The position numbers were made by a program, and so were the translations under genes. The notes beneath the pieces are model-generated. The model saw nothing but the letters and a program-made list of their open reading frames with translations, was not told the origin of the DNA and did no database searches. Source: Pseudomonadota bacterium (GTDB lineage: Bacteria; Pseudomonadota; Alphaproteobacteria; Rhizobiales; Devosiaceae). From it: DNA of 64,000 bases. Each line of letters opens with the position of its first letter. The first letter of the stretch is position 1. Shown here in pieces: positions 1-9,428 of this stretch. The stretch is taken from positions 523 through 64,522 of the forward strand of contig JBEHYU010000019.1 of assembly GCA_048498015.1 (NCBI GenBank), read 5' to 3'.

Positions 1-2
1 TC

Positions 3-2930
3 AAGTTCCGCATGCCGCCGCCCAAGCCGAAAGAGGGCGAAGTGGCGGACGCGGTGCGCGGCGATTTCACCCTCGAGGGCAAGATGGAGGTGACGGCCGA
101 CAAGCTGCTGCTCACCGACTACACCGCGCTGCCCGACGAGAACCGCGCCGCGATCCGGCTCACCGGCGCGGCCGACGTCACGCTGGGCAAGGCGCCGGTG
201 TTCAACGCCGTCGTCTCGGGCGGCGTGGTGGCGCTGCCGCCGCGCGACGCAACCACCGAGCTCACCGATCCGCCCTACGAGCTGGTGCGGTTGCTGGGCG
301 AGACGCCGCTGCCGCCGATCCCACCCATCGCCGGCACCATCGGGCTCGACATCACCGAGCTCAACCTGCGCGCCGTAGCGCTGCGCGATCTCCGGCTCGA
401 TGCGGCGACCGATGCGCATAGCTGGTCGATCAAGGATTTCGCCGCGACGCTGCCGGGCGGCGCAAAACTCGGGCTCACCGGCAATCTCAGCGCGGTGGAC
501 GGCAAGCCGATCTTCGCCGGCGGCGTCACGCTCGCCACCGATCGGCTCGATACGCTGGCGGCGCTGTGGCGAAAGCCCGCTACGGACAATCCGCTGTTCA
601 ACATGCCGGGCTCGCTCAGTTCCGACGTGGCGCTGTCGAGTGATACGCTGACGCTGTCGTCGGGCACGCTGGTGGTGGGCGGCATCAACCAGGGCTTTGA
701 CGCCGAGATCGGCTTCGGCCAGCCGCGGCGGCTGAAGCTCGACACGCATTTCACCACGCTCGGTCCGCAGGAGAGCGCGGCGATCGCGGCGCTGCTGCCG
801 GACGTGGCCGGCAATGGCAGTTTCGGCGCGACCTTCCCCAAGGGCGAGGTCAATCTCAGCGCCAGCGCCGCCGTGCTGTTCGGGCTGCAGGGCAGCGATC
901 TCGCGGCGTCGGCGAGCTGGGAGGGCGGCGTGGTGGAATTCTCCAACCTGTCCGCCGGGGACCTCGGCGGCGCGTCGTTCGATGCCAAGCTCACCGCCTT
1001 CGGCACGCTCGCCAAGCCGGAGCTGTCGGGCACGGCCAATGTGAAGATCGCCGATGGCGCGCCGATCGTCGGCTCGCTGCTCTCGACCGTGGCGACGCCG
1101 CCGGCGGTCACCGAGTTCCTGACGCGATCGCTGCCGGCCGACCTCAAGCTGCAGCTCGATGCGCCCGCCGGCGATGGCGGGCAGACGCTCAACGCATCGG
1201 GCATGCTGGGTACCGCCGATGCCTCGCTGACGGCCAAGCTCGCCGCCGGCGTCGCCAATGCGCTGACCGGGCCGGTCAGCGCCAGCCTCGACCTCAAATC
1301 GGGCACGCCGCATCTGATGACGGCGCAGCTCGGGCTGGGCAAGATACAGCTGTTCGACGATAGAACGCCGCTCCATCTGGCCGCGTCCGTCGATGGCGTG
1401 CCGTCCAACAGCTACGAAACGCATGTGATGCTGGAGGGCGGCACCGACCATATCGGCTTCGACGGCAATGTCGTCCCCGGCGACTTCACCCGCATCACCG
1501 GCGACGGGCAGTTCGATGTGGCGCTCGCCGATCCGTCGGCATTGGCGGAGGCGCTCGGGGCAGGGGGAGTGCATGTGCCGCCGGTCACCGGCAAGGCGCT
1601 GGTGCATTTCAGCGGCCTCGACAGCGTGGCGCTGAGCAATATCGATGCGGGCGGGGTCAGCGGGGAGCTGGCGCTGGCGCGCCGCGGCGACATCAATTCA
1701 TTCAGCGGCTCGCTGGTCGTGCCGTCGGTCGACATCCACGCGCTGCCGCCGGCGCTGGCCGGACCGGCGAGCACGAGTGTCACCGATGGTCTGTGGCCGG
1801 ATGGGCCGCTCGATATCGGTTCGGCGGCGCGCAGCAGCGAAGGCCGCATCGACGTATCGGTCGCGTCGCTGACCAATGGCAGCGCCGAAATCGTGAAGGA
1901 TGCGCGCTTCGGGCTCGATTGGGATGCGCAGAGCGTCAAGCTGCGCGACCTCACCGGCACCATTGGCGGCGGCACGCTGACCGTGGACGCCGCGGTCTGC
2001 TGTTCCAACGGGCTGGCGGGCAAGGAGCTGAGCGGGCGGCTGGCCCTCAACGGCGTATCGCTCGACACGCTGGCGCCGGCGCCGGTGGCCGCCGAGCTCG
2101 ACGGCACGCTCGATGCCTCCGCCGCCTTCGACGGTACCGGCGACACGCTAGCCCAGGCCATCGCCGCCATGACCGGCAATGGCAGCTACACGATCAACAA
2201 TTTCTCGGCCGCTTCGTTCGATCCGGCGACGTTCAAGGGCCTCAGCGGCCTCACCGGCGTGCTCGACATGACGCCCGAGGCTTTGACCGACACCGTGACG
2301 CAAAAGCTCGCCGCCGCGCCCTTCGCCGCGCCGAGCGTGACCGGCAGCTTCACCATCGCCGGCGGCGTGCTGCGCAGTCCGAACCTTGCGATCGTCGGCA
2401 CCGACGCGCGCATCTTCGGCGGCGTGAACCTGTCGCTGCGCGATTTGTCGCTCGACGGCCATTACGCCATGACCCCGAGCGTTGTCGCTGACGCGGGCAG
2501 CGCCATCGACGCGACCGCCGAGGTTGCGGCCGACATCAAGGGCCCGCTCTGGGCACCCAGCGGCAGCTACGACGTCGCCGCGCTGGTCGATGGCATGAAG
2601 ATCAAGGCCAGCGAGATCGAGCTCGCCGTGCTCGAGCAGCGCAAGGCCGACGCCGATGCCCGGGCCAAAGAACAGGCCGACATCGCCGCCCGCCTCAAGA
2701 CGCTCACGCTCGGGCAGGGCGTTGCGGTCGGCGGCGAAGCGCAGGCCACGCTGACCGAGGCCGCAGCGCAGAAGGCTGCCGCCGAGCTCGCGGCAAAGCA
2801 GAAGGCCGAGGCTGCCGCCGCCGCGGCGAAGAAAGCCGCCGCCGACGCCGCGGTGAAGAAGGCGGCCGCCGATGCTGCTGCTGCAAAAGCAGCGGCCGAT
2901 GCAGCGGCCGCGTCAGACCTCGGGATGTGA
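3..2930 (+). CDS. AsmA-family (AsmA-like C-terminal region) protein, 5' truncated by window edge
   Basis: Frame open from window start; long beta-rich Gly/Ala/Leu protein with AsmA-type C-terminal segment (GSFTIAGGVLRSPNL...GGVNLSLRDLSLDG) and an Ala/Lys helical tail; convergent with an RHH gene as in other Hyphomicrobiales. Confidence 0.8.
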   Translation, partial: KFRMPPPKPKEGEVADAVRGDFTLEGKMEVTADKLLLTDYTALPDENRAAIRLTGAADVTLGKAPVFNAVVSGGVVALPPRDATTELTDPPYELVRLLGETPLPPIPPIAGTIGLDITELNLRAVALRDLRLDAATDAHSWSIKDFAATLPGGAKLGLTGNLSAVDGKPIFAGGVTLATDRLDTLAALWRKPATDNPLFNMPGSLSSDVALSSDTLTLSSGTLVVGGINQGFDAEIGFGQPRRLKLDTHFTTLGPQESAAIAALLPDVAGNGSFGATFPKGEVNLSASAAVLFGLQGSDLAASASWEGGVVEFSNLSAGDLGGASFDAKLTAFGTLAKPELSGTANVKIADGAPIVGSLLSTVATPPAVTEFLTRSLPADLKLQLDAPAGDGGQTLNASGMLGTADASLTAKLAAGVANALTGPVSASLDLKSGTPHLMTAQLGLGKIQLFDDRTPLHLAASVDGVPSNSYETHVMLEGGTDHIGFDGNVVPGDFTRITGDGQFDVALADPSALAEALGAGGVHVPPVTGKALVHFSGLDSVALSNIDAGGVSGELALARRGDINSFSGSLVVPSVDIHALPPALAGPASTSVTDGLWPDGPLDIGSAARSSEGRIDVSVASLTNGSAEIVKDARFGLDWDAQSVKLRDLTGTIGGGTLTVDAAVCCSNGLAGKELSGRLALNGVSLDTLAPAPVAAELDGTLDASAAFDGTGDTLAQAIAAMTGNGSYTINNFSAASFDPATFKGLSGLTGVLDMTPEALTDTVTQKLAAAPFAAPSVTGSFTIAGGVLRSPNLAIVGTDARIFGGVNLSLRDLSLDGHYAMTPSVVADAGSAIDATAEVAADIKGPLWAPSGSYDVAALVDGMKIKASEIELAVLEQRKADADARAKEQADIAARLKTLTLGQGVAVGGEAQATLTEAAAQKAAAELAAKQKAEAAAAAAKKAAADAAVKKAAADAAAAKAAADAAAASDLGM

Positions 2931-3128
2931 TTGCTGCGCGTCGCGCAACACCGCCACCCGCAACGCCGATGAAAGATTAGGGCTGTCGCGCGAGCTGTCG
3001 AGTTCCTCGATCAGCGTCGTCAGCCTTACGCCCCGCCGCGCCGCCATCGCTTCGAGCCCGGCCCAGAACTCCGGCTCGAGCGCGATACTCGTCCGATGCC
3101 CCGCGATCGTCAGCGACCGCTTCTGCAT
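2913..3128 (-). CDS. Ribbon-helix-helix domain protein (RHH_4 type)
   Basis: KRSLTIAGHRTSIALEPEFW...NLSSALRVAVL is the typical signature. Confidence 0.9.
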   Translation of the reverse strand: MQKRSLTIAGHRTSIALEPEFWAGLEAMAARRGVRLTTLIEELDSSRDSPNLSSALRVAVLRDAQQSHPEV

Positions 3129-3143
3129 TGCGGCGTGTCTCCG

Positions 3144-3533
3144 CTAGTTGAGAGGTTCGAACAGTACCAGAGGCGTTTCGCGCGGCCCTACGTACAGACG
3201 CCTCGCCGTCCGCATGCCGTGGACCGCTATCGCCCCTGCCAATTTGTCGGCGAACGTGAGGATGTCGAAGGAGTCTTCGGAGCTGTCGAGCGCGAGCATG
3301 AGGTCGTATTCCTCCATGCCGGCCTCGTCAGTCAGTTGGTAGGTGACCTCAACGCTCTCGATCCAGCCGCGGAGGTATGTCCCACCGAAGTAATTATCGC
3401 TGAAGCGCTGCTCGATCCTGGTGGCGCCCAACGTCGCGAGAAGTTGGCGGCCGAAGGGTGCAAACTCGACGCCACCCGACTGGAAAAACAGGTCGACGGT
3501 TTCGCGCGTGTTGACGGAGAAAGTCTCCGCCAT
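3144..3533 (-). CDS. Hypothetical acidic protein, 129 aa
   Basis: ATG 1 nt after the sspB stop; globular-protein composition; no family recognised. Confidence 0.65.
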   Translation of the reverse strand: MAETFSVNTRETVDLFFQSGGVEFAPFGRQLLATLGATRIEQRFSDNYFGGTYLRGWIESVEVTYQLTDEAGMEEYDLMLALDSSEDSFDILTFADKLAGAIAVHGMRTARRLYVGPRETPLVLFEPLN

Positions 3534-3534
3534 A

Positions 3535-4032
3535 TTACTTCTTCCGGAAGGCGTCGAGGCTGATGACTTTTTCGCCCGGTGCCTCGCTCGCCGCCGGAGG
3601 GGCTGCCGCGGCGTTGGAGGGAACCAGCTTCGTCGGCTCCTTGGCCTCGGCCTTGTCGTCCTCGGTCGGCAGCGGCACGGCGCCGGTCAGTTGCAGTCCG
3701 AACTGCACCGAGGGATCGAAGAAGCCCTTGATGGCCGTGAACGGGATCACCAGCGTTTCCGGCTTGTCGTCAAAGCTCAGCCCCACCTCGAACTGCGCCT
3801 CCGAGACCTTCAGATCCCAGAACTGGTTCTGGAGCACGATCGTCATGTCGTTGGGATACTGGTCGAGCAGGCGCTGGCTGACGCGCACGCCCGGCGCCTT
3901 GGTGATGAACGAGATGAAGAAATGATGCTCGCCGGGCAGTCCGGTCTTGGCGACTTCGGCCAGCACCTTGCGCACCACGCCGCGCAGCGCTTCCTGGGTC
4001 AGGATGTCGTATCGGATATGATCTTGAGCCAT
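3535..4032 (-). CDS. sspB: ClpXP adaptor SspB (alphaproteobacterial type)
   Basis: MAQDHIRYD...GLPGEHHFFISF...YPNDMTIVLQNQFWDL...FFDPSVQFGLQ and C-terminal ClpX-binding motif VISLDAFRKK; next to ssrA. Confidence 0.95.
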   Translation of the reverse strand: MAQDHIRYDILTQEALRGVVRKVLAEVAKTGLPGEHHFFISFITKAPGVRVSQRLLDQYPNDMTIVLQNQFWDLKVSEAQFEVGLSFDDKPETLVIPFTAIKGFFDPSVQFGLQLTGAVPLPTEDDKAEAKEPTKLVPSNAAAAPPAASEAPGEKVISLDAFRKK

Positions 4033-4104
4033 GTCGCCGCTTGTGAATCCAATTGGTGTCATATCAGCCGCGAGGGGCAGCAATATCAAGGAGAAAGCGG
4101 AGAG

Positions 4105-4422
4105 AAGTGCAGGCTTCTGTTGCCAGGTGCCTGCGAACCCCGCCTTTAAGCCGCTACAGCCTAAAGGGCTTTAGTTCAGGTGCCAGCACCGCATTACGCG
4201 GCGAGAGCAACCTTAGCATAGTTGTCGTTGGCAACTATTAGGATGGTCCGATGACGGTGGTACCATGCCGAGCGAAAACACACCCTTTACGCCCTCGTCG
4301 ATCCTATTTCGCCCCCAGTGGCTCCCCCTTGCGAGGGGAGGAGATGGTGGAGGCGCCGGGTACTGCCCCCGGGTCCGATGGGTTTATTACGATAGCCATT
4401 TATCGCCATAGCCGTTGCCGGC
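4105..4422 (-). ncRNA. ssrA: tmRNA, circularly permuted two-piece form
   Basis: Acceptor piece ends GGACCCGGGGGCAGTACCCGGCGCCTCCACCA (CCA end at 4345); hairpin intervening segment 4317-4344; coding piece starts GGGGGCGAAATAGGATCGAC at 4316; tag ORF 4232-4194 = ANDNYAKVALAA*. Ends approximate. Confidence 0.97.
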
Positions 4423-4428
4423 AGGCTG

Positions 4429-4457
4429 AATATAGGCATCGCGGGCGGGGGATGCAA
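4429..4457 (-). promoter_or_regulatory. sigma70-type promoter of ssrA
   Basis: Minus strand TTGCAT-N17-TATATT just upstream of the tmRNA acceptor piece. Confidence 0.7.
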
Positions 4458-4465
4458 ATGCCTGC

Positions 4466-5041
4466 TCAGGCAATGATATCGGCGATCAGGGCTTCGAGCG
4501 GCCCGAGGTCGCCGGCGAAGCTGGCGATCATGGCATCGAGGGTGCGGGTGGGATCGAGTGCGGCGTCGTTGTAGGTGTAGCCCGCTCTTGCTGTCAGCAG
4601 CTTCAGGAAGATCAACTGCGTTCGCCCATTGCCTTCGCGGAAAGTATGAATCGCGTTCAGCTCGCTGATGAACTGCGCCGCCTCGGCGGCGAACTGCTGG
4701 GCGCTCAGCCCGGTAAGATGGTCTCGGGCCACTAGCCAGCCGAAGAGCTTGGCTGCCTCGGTCTTGATGTACTCGGGATAGCAGAACCAGTTACCGCCCT
4801 TGGCAATGCGGACTGACCTGAGTTCGCCGGCCCAGTCATACGCATCCTGGAAGAGGTGACGGTGGATCGCCCGGTAGTGCGCGAAATCCATCTCTCCGGC
4901 CGGCAGAGGATCGGCGGCTCGGGCGAGGAACATACCGTGTTCGAGCTGGTCGAGTTCCGCTTGGTCGGTGATGTCGAACTTGTTCCGCAGCACGTTGGTG
5001 CCGGGATAGCAAAGAGGATCCTGCTCGGCCTCGTAGACCAC
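4466..5041 (-). CDS. Fic-domain toxin (FicT/VbhT-like)
   Basis: DPLCYPGTNVLRNK N-terminus, IHRHLFQDAYDWAGELR, Fic motif HTFREGNGRTQL. Confidence 0.92.
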   Translation of the reverse strand: MVYEAEQDPLCYPGTNVLRNKFDITDQAELDQLEHGMFLARAADPLPAGEMDFAHYRAIHRHLFQDAYDWAGELRSVRIAKGGNWFCYPEYIKTEAAKLFGWLVARDHLTGLSAQQFAAEAAQFISELNAIHTFREGNGRTQLIFLKLLTARAGYTYNDAALDPTRTLDAMIASFAGDLGPLEALIADIIA

Positions 5042-5236
5042 CTAGGGCTTGCGGGTGAATTCGGCGCGGATTCGGGCGCGAAGCTGCTCCGGCGTTTCCT
5101 TCAGCCGGTCGGATTCGCGGATGAGCAGATCAAGGCGCGGCGACCGCGTCAGGCCTTCTACGGCGCTGATCGCTTCGGCGCTCTTACGGCCGACGACAAA
5201 CGGCCCTGAAGATGCCGGCTTAGTCGTTTTGCTCAT
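5042..5236 (-). CDS. Putative Fic antitoxin (VbhA/FicA-like)
   Basis: 64 aa, stop abuts the Fic GTG start; contains ISAVEG, resembling the inhibitory (S/T)xxxE(G/N) motif. Confidence 0.75.
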   Translation of the reverse strand: MSKTTKPASSGPFVVGRKSAEAISAVEGLTRSPRLDLLIRESDRLKETPEQLRARIRAEFTRKP

Positions 5237-5347
5237 GGCGTAAGCCTACCACGTCCCGGCTTCCCCACCAAACCCTGTGAGAATCGCCCGCATTGCAGGA
5301 AACTGCCGCCTCCGCCTGCTACAACGCCTCGTCCACGGAGTATTCCC

Positions 5348-6190
5348 ATGTCGGTCCTCGCCCTGCGCAACGACGAGCCGTCGGTTCGGCATCCCGAGCA
5401 GCAATATCTCGATCTGCTGCGGCTGATCCTCGACACCGGCATCGACCGGCCGGACCGCACCGGCACCGGCACGCGCTCGATCTTCGGGCACCAGATGCGG
5501 TTCGACCTGCGCCAGGGTTTCCCGCTGCTCACCACCAAGAAGCTGCACCTCAAATCGATCATCTACGAGGTGCTGTGGTTCCTGCGCGGCGAGACCAATG
5601 TGCGCTGGCTGCAGGAGCACGGCGTCAAGATCTGGGACGAGTGGGCCGACGAAAACGGCGATCTCGGCCCCGTCTACGGCTCGCAATGGCGCAGCTGGCC
5701 CGACGGCCGCGGCGGCACGATCGACCAGATCGCCAACGTCGTGAACTCCATCCGCACCAAACCGGATTCGCGCCGCCACATCGTCACCGCCTGGAACCCG
5801 GCGGAAGTCGACGACATGGCGCTGCCGCCCTGCCACTGCCTGTTCCAGTTCTACGTCGCCGAGGGCCGGCTCAGCTGCCAGCTCTACCAGCGCTCGGGCG
5901 ATGTGTTCCTCGGCGTACCGTTCAACATCGCCTCCTATGCGCTGCTCACCCACATGATGGCGCAGGTCACCGGGCTCGAAGTCGGCGAGTTCGTCCACTC
6001 CTTCGGTGACGTGCACCTTTATTCAAACCACGTTCAGCAGGCGCATGAACAACTGCGCCGGATGCCGAAGCCGCTGCCGCGGCTGACGCTCAATCCGGAC
6101 CGGCACTCGATCTTCGAGTTCGATTATGAGGACTTCATGCTGACCGGATACGACCCCCATCCGCACATCAAAGCCGAGGTCGCCATATGA
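5348..6190 (+). CDS. thyA: Thymidylate synthase
   Basis: [40 protein letters not shown]. Confidence 0.98.
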   Translation: MSVLALRNDEPSVRHPEQQYLDLLRLILDTGIDRPDRTGTGTRSIFGHQMRFDLRQGFPLLTTKKLHLKSIIYEVLWFLRGETNVRWLQEHGVKIWDEWADENGDLGPVYGSQWRSWPDGRGGTIDQIANVVNSIRTKPDSRRHIVTAWNPAEVDDMALPPCHCLFQFYVAEGRLSCQLYQRSGDVFLGVPFNIASYALLTHMMAQVTGLEVGEFVHSFGDVHLYSNHVQQAHEQLRRMPKPLPRLTLNPDRHSIFEFDYEDFMLTGYDPHPHIKAEVAI

Positions 6191-7209
6191 AGCCGCTGAT
6201 CGCCGCCGCCACGCTGGCGCTGCTGACTGCCCCCGCTCTTGCCAACGACACCATGTCCCAGCTGGGGACGGGCGGGCTGGTGTTCATCACCAGTGAAGAC
6301 GTCTCGATGGATTCCGAGGACCTTAGGGTCGGCCCGAGCCAGGTGAAGGTCGTCTACGAGTTCACCAATAACGGCACCGAGGACCAGCACGCGCTGGTGG
6401 CCTTCCCGCTGCCGGACATCACCGGCGATGGTGACTTCATGGTCTCGATCCCCACGGAAGACCCCGACAATATTTTTGGCTTCTCGACCACCTTCGACGG
6501 CGAGCCGGTCGACTCGACGCTGCATCAATATGCCTTCGCGCTCGGCGTCGATCAGACCGAGCTGCTCAAATCCCTGGATATCCCGCTGGCGCCGTTCGGC
6601 GAGGCGACGATCAAGGCCCTCAACGCGCTGAGCGACGACGACAAGCAGAAGCTGATGCACCTCGCGATGGTCATCCCGATGACCTACGACGCCGGCAATG
6701 GCGAGCAGACCGATTACACGCCGGTGTGGACGCTCAAATCGACATACACCTGGGAAGCCGACTTCAAGGCCGGCGAGACCGCGGAAGTCGTCCACTCCTA
6801 CGTGCCCAGCGTCGGCGGCACGGTGGCCACGACCTTCCTCCAGCCGCCCTATGACGCGACCGACGAGGACCGCCCGAAAATCTACAAGGACAAGTACTGC
6901 GTCGACGACGATTTCATCAAAACCGTCAGGAAATCGCTGAAGGACCCGTCCGACCTCTACAGCGCGCCCTATTTCGAAAACTGGATCGACTACATCTGGT
7001 CGACCGGCGCCAATTGGGGCGGGCCGATCAAGAAATTTCACCTCACCATCGACAAGGGCGACGCCAAGGACCTCGTCTCGTTCTGCTGGGACGGCAAGGT
7101 CAAGAAGACGGGCCCGACCACCTTCGAGATGGAGGCCGAGGACTGGTATCCGCCCTACAATCATGAGCTGAACATCCTGCTGCTCAAGCACCAGGACCCG
7201 CAGAACTGA
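6187..7209 (+). CDS. Secreted DUF4424-like protein
   Basis: Signal peptide then [15 protein letters not shown]...[31 protein letters not shown]; ATGA overlap with thyA. Confidence 0.75.
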   Translation: MKPLIAAATLALLTAPALANDTMSQLGTGGLVFITSEDVSMDSEDLRVGPSQVKVVYEFTNNGTEDQHALVAFPLPDITGDGDFMVSIPTEDPDNIFGFSTTFDGEPVDSTLHQYAFALGVDQTELLKSLDIPLAPFGEATIKALNALSDDDKQKLMHLAMVIPMTYDAGNGEQTDYTPVWTLKSTYTWEADFKAGETAEVVHSYVPSVGGTVATTFLQPPYDATDEDRPKIYKDKYCVDDDFIKTVRKSLKDPSDLYSAPYFENWIDYIWSTGANWGGPIKKFHLTIDKGDAKDLVSFCWDGKVKKTGPTTFEMEAEDWYPPYNHELNILLLKHQDPQN

Positions 7210-7688
7210 TGGCTGTCGTGGTTCGCGATGCGGTGCGTGCCGACGCACCGCTGATTCTCAAATTCATCGCCGATCTCGCCGAGTACGAGCATCTGAGCCA
7301 CGAGGCCGCGGCGACGGTGGCCGATATCGAGCGCGAGCTATTCGGTCAAAACCCGAAAGTGTTCTGCCAGATCGCCGAGCGAGACGGGCAGGCGGCCGGC
7401 TTTGCGCTCTGGTACTACACCTTCTCGACCTTCCAGGGCCGCCACGGCATCTGGCTCGAGGATCTGTTCGTCGATCCCGCGCTGCGCGGCGGCGGCATCG
7501 GCAAGGCATTGCTGGCTGATCTGGCGCAGCGTTGCGTGCGCGAGGGGCTCGGCCGCTTCGAGTGGGCCGTGCTCGACTGGAACCAGCCTTCCATCGATTT
7601 TTACATCTCGCAGGGCGCCATCTTCCTCGACGAATGGCGCCGCTGCCGGGTGACCGGCGAGGCGCTCGACAAGCTCGGGGCAAAGTGA
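7209..7688 (+). CDS. GNAT acetyltransferase (diamine acetyltransferase/SSAT-like)
   Basis: LAEYE, FSTFQGRHGIWLEDLFV...RGGGIGKAL...WAVLDWNQPSIDFY. Confidence 0.9.
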   Translation: MAVVVRDAVRADAPLILKFIADLAEYEHLSHEAAATVADIERELFGQNPKVFCQIAERDGQAAGFALWYYTFSTFQGRHGIWLEDLFVDPALRGGGIGKALLADLAQRCVREGLGRFEWAVLDWNQPSIDFYISQGAIFLDEWRRCRVTGEALDKLGAK

Positions 7689-8209
7689 GCGTTCCCGTCG
7701 CGATGATCGCGGCCGTCGCCGAGAACGGGGTCATCGGCAACGCGAATGCCATTCCATGGCGCCTGCCGTCCGATTTCGGGCATTTCAAGCGCATGACCCT
7801 GGGTAAGCCCGTCATCATGGGGCGGCGTACGATGGAGAGCATCGGCAAGCCGCTGCCCGGCCGCACCAACATCGTGGTCACCCATCGCACCGACTACCGG
7901 CCGGACGGCGTACTGGTCGTGCCGAGCCTGCAAGCCGGCCTCGAACGCGCGCAGGAGATCGCCGCGCGCGACCACGTAACCGAGATCATCATCGGCGGCG
8001 GCGCGCAGATCTATGCCGAAGCCATGCCGCTGGCCGACCGGCTTTACATCTCGCACGTGGCGCTTTCGCCGCCCGGCGACACGTATTTTCCCGCGATCGA
8101 TCCCGAGGTCTGGGAAGACGCCGGTGGCATCGAGGTGGCGCCCAGCCCGGCCGACTCTGCGTCATATCGCGTCAGAGTGTACGAGAAACGGCCGTTTCCG
8201 CGCCGTTGA
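7685..8209 (+). CDS. folA: Dihydrofolate reductase
   Basis: GTG start overlapping the GNAT stop; IAAVAENGVIG...IPWRLPSDFGHFK...VIMGRRT...PLPGRTNIVV...GGAQIY. Confidence 0.96.
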   Translation: MSVPVAMIAAVAENGVIGNANAIPWRLPSDFGHFKRMTLGKPVIMGRRTMESIGKPLPGRTNIVVTHRTDYRPDGVLVVPSLQAGLERAQEIAARDHVTEIIIGGGAQIYAEAMPLADRLYISHVALSPPGDTYFPAIDPEVWEDAGGIEVAPSPADSASYRVRVYEKRPFPRR

Positions 8210-8233
8210 TCGGCCGGGATCGTCCACCTATAT
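8205..8233 (+). promoter_or_regulatory. Candidate RpoH (sigma32) promoter for hflKC-degP
   Basis: GTTGAT-N16-CCTATAT, close to the alphaproteobacterial RpoH consensus CTTGAA-N16-CCTATAT. Confidence 0.55.
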
Positions 8234-8267
8234 AGGTCGGCAACGATCCGAGAACGAAAGGCGTCAG

Positions 8268-9425
8268 ATGCCCTGGGACAACAATACGGGGGGCGGCGGC
8301 CGCAACAATAATGGCGGCGGACCGTGGGGGCAGGCGCCGCAAGGCGGTGGCGGCGGCGGCAACGGGCCGCGCCGGGGCGGCACGCCCAGCCTCGAGGACA
8401 TCCTCAACCGGGGCAGGAACAGCATCCAGGGCGGTATTCCGGGTGGCGGGGGCTGGATTTTCGCCGCCGTCGTCGCGGTCGTCGTGGTCTTCTGGCTGTT
8501 CAACTCGATCTACACCATCGATCCGCAGGAAGTCGGCGTCGAAACGACGTTCGGCAAGCCGAGCGACGAGCTGAGCCAGTCGGGCCTGCATTTCCTGTGG
8601 TGGCCGGTCCAGAGCGTCGAGCGCGTCAACCTTTCGCAGAACACCACCGAAATCGGCTCGAACACCACGACGCGCAACAGCAGCGCCAATGACGGCGTGA
8701 TGCTGACTGCCGACCAGAACATCGTCGAAGCCAAATTCTCCGTGTTCTGGACCGTCAGCGATCCCAAGGCGTATCTGTTCAAGGTCCGCGACCCCGACGA
8801 CATGGTCCGCGCCACCGCCGAGAGCGCCATGCGCGAAGTCGTCGGCCGCAGCCCGGCGACGGAAGTATTCCGCTCCAACCGCTCGGGCATCGAGACCGAA
8901 GTGGCCGAGATCATCCAGAACATCCTCGACAGCTACGATTTGGGCGTCCACGTCGATGCCGTGAAGGTCGAGAACGTCGCGCCGCCGACGGAAGTGGCTG
9001 AGGCCTTCGCCGAGGTGCAGCGCGCTCAGCAGGACCAGCAGAAGTTCCAGGAAGACGCGCGAACCTACGCCAACAACCTGCTCGGCAATGCCCGCGGCCA
9101 GGCCGCGAAGGTCCGGGAAGATGCGGCGGCCTACAAGAGCCGCGTCGTGCAGGAAGCCGAAGGCGAGGCGGCCCGCTTCATCTCGATCTACAACCAGTAC
9201 GCCAAGGCGCCGCAGGTGACCCGCGACCGTCTCTATCTCGAAACGATGGAGCAGGTGCTGGGCGGGGCGAGCAAGGTGGTCGTCGAGCCGGGCGTGAGCG
9301 GGCAGGGCGTCGTGCCCTATCTGCCGTTGCCAGGCCTGCAGGCGAAGCCAACCACCACCACCACCGATACGTCGTCGAGCGCGGCCGCGCCCGCCGGCAC
9401 GGCCGTTACGACCGGGAGCAACTGA
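8268..9425 (+). CDS. hflK: FtsH protease modulator HflK
   Basis: MPWDNN..GGGPWG Gly-rich N-terminus, one TM helix, SPFH domain (MLTADQNIV, AESAMREVVG), RLYLETMEQVL. Confidence 0.97.
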   Translation: MPWDNNTGGGGRNNNGGGPWGQAPQGGGGGGNGPRRGGTPSLEDILNRGRNSIQGGIPGGGGWIFAAVVAVVVVFWLFNSIYTIDPQEVGVETTFGKPSDELSQSGLHFLWWPVQSVERVNLSQNTTEIGSNTTTRNSSANDGVMLTADQNIVEAKFSVFWTVSDPKAYLFKVRDPDDMVRATAESAMREVVGRSPATEVFRSNRSGIETEVAEIIQNILDSYDLGVHVDAVKVENVAPPTEVAEAFAEVQRAQQDQQKFQEDARTYANNLLGNARGQAAKVREDAAAYKSRVVQEAEGEAARFISIYNQYAKAPQVTRDRLYLETMEQVLGGASKVVVEPGVSGQGVVPYLPLPGLQAKPTTTTTDTSSSAAAPAGTAVTTGSN

Positions 9426-9428
9426 GCC

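Noticed and set aside
4345-4378. tRNA-like T-arm and CCA end
   Set aside because: It is the acceptor piece of the permuted tmRNA, not a tRNA
4317-5300. Integrated element at ssrA
   Set aside because: No integrase and no duplicated tmRNA 3' end (att site) seen in the window
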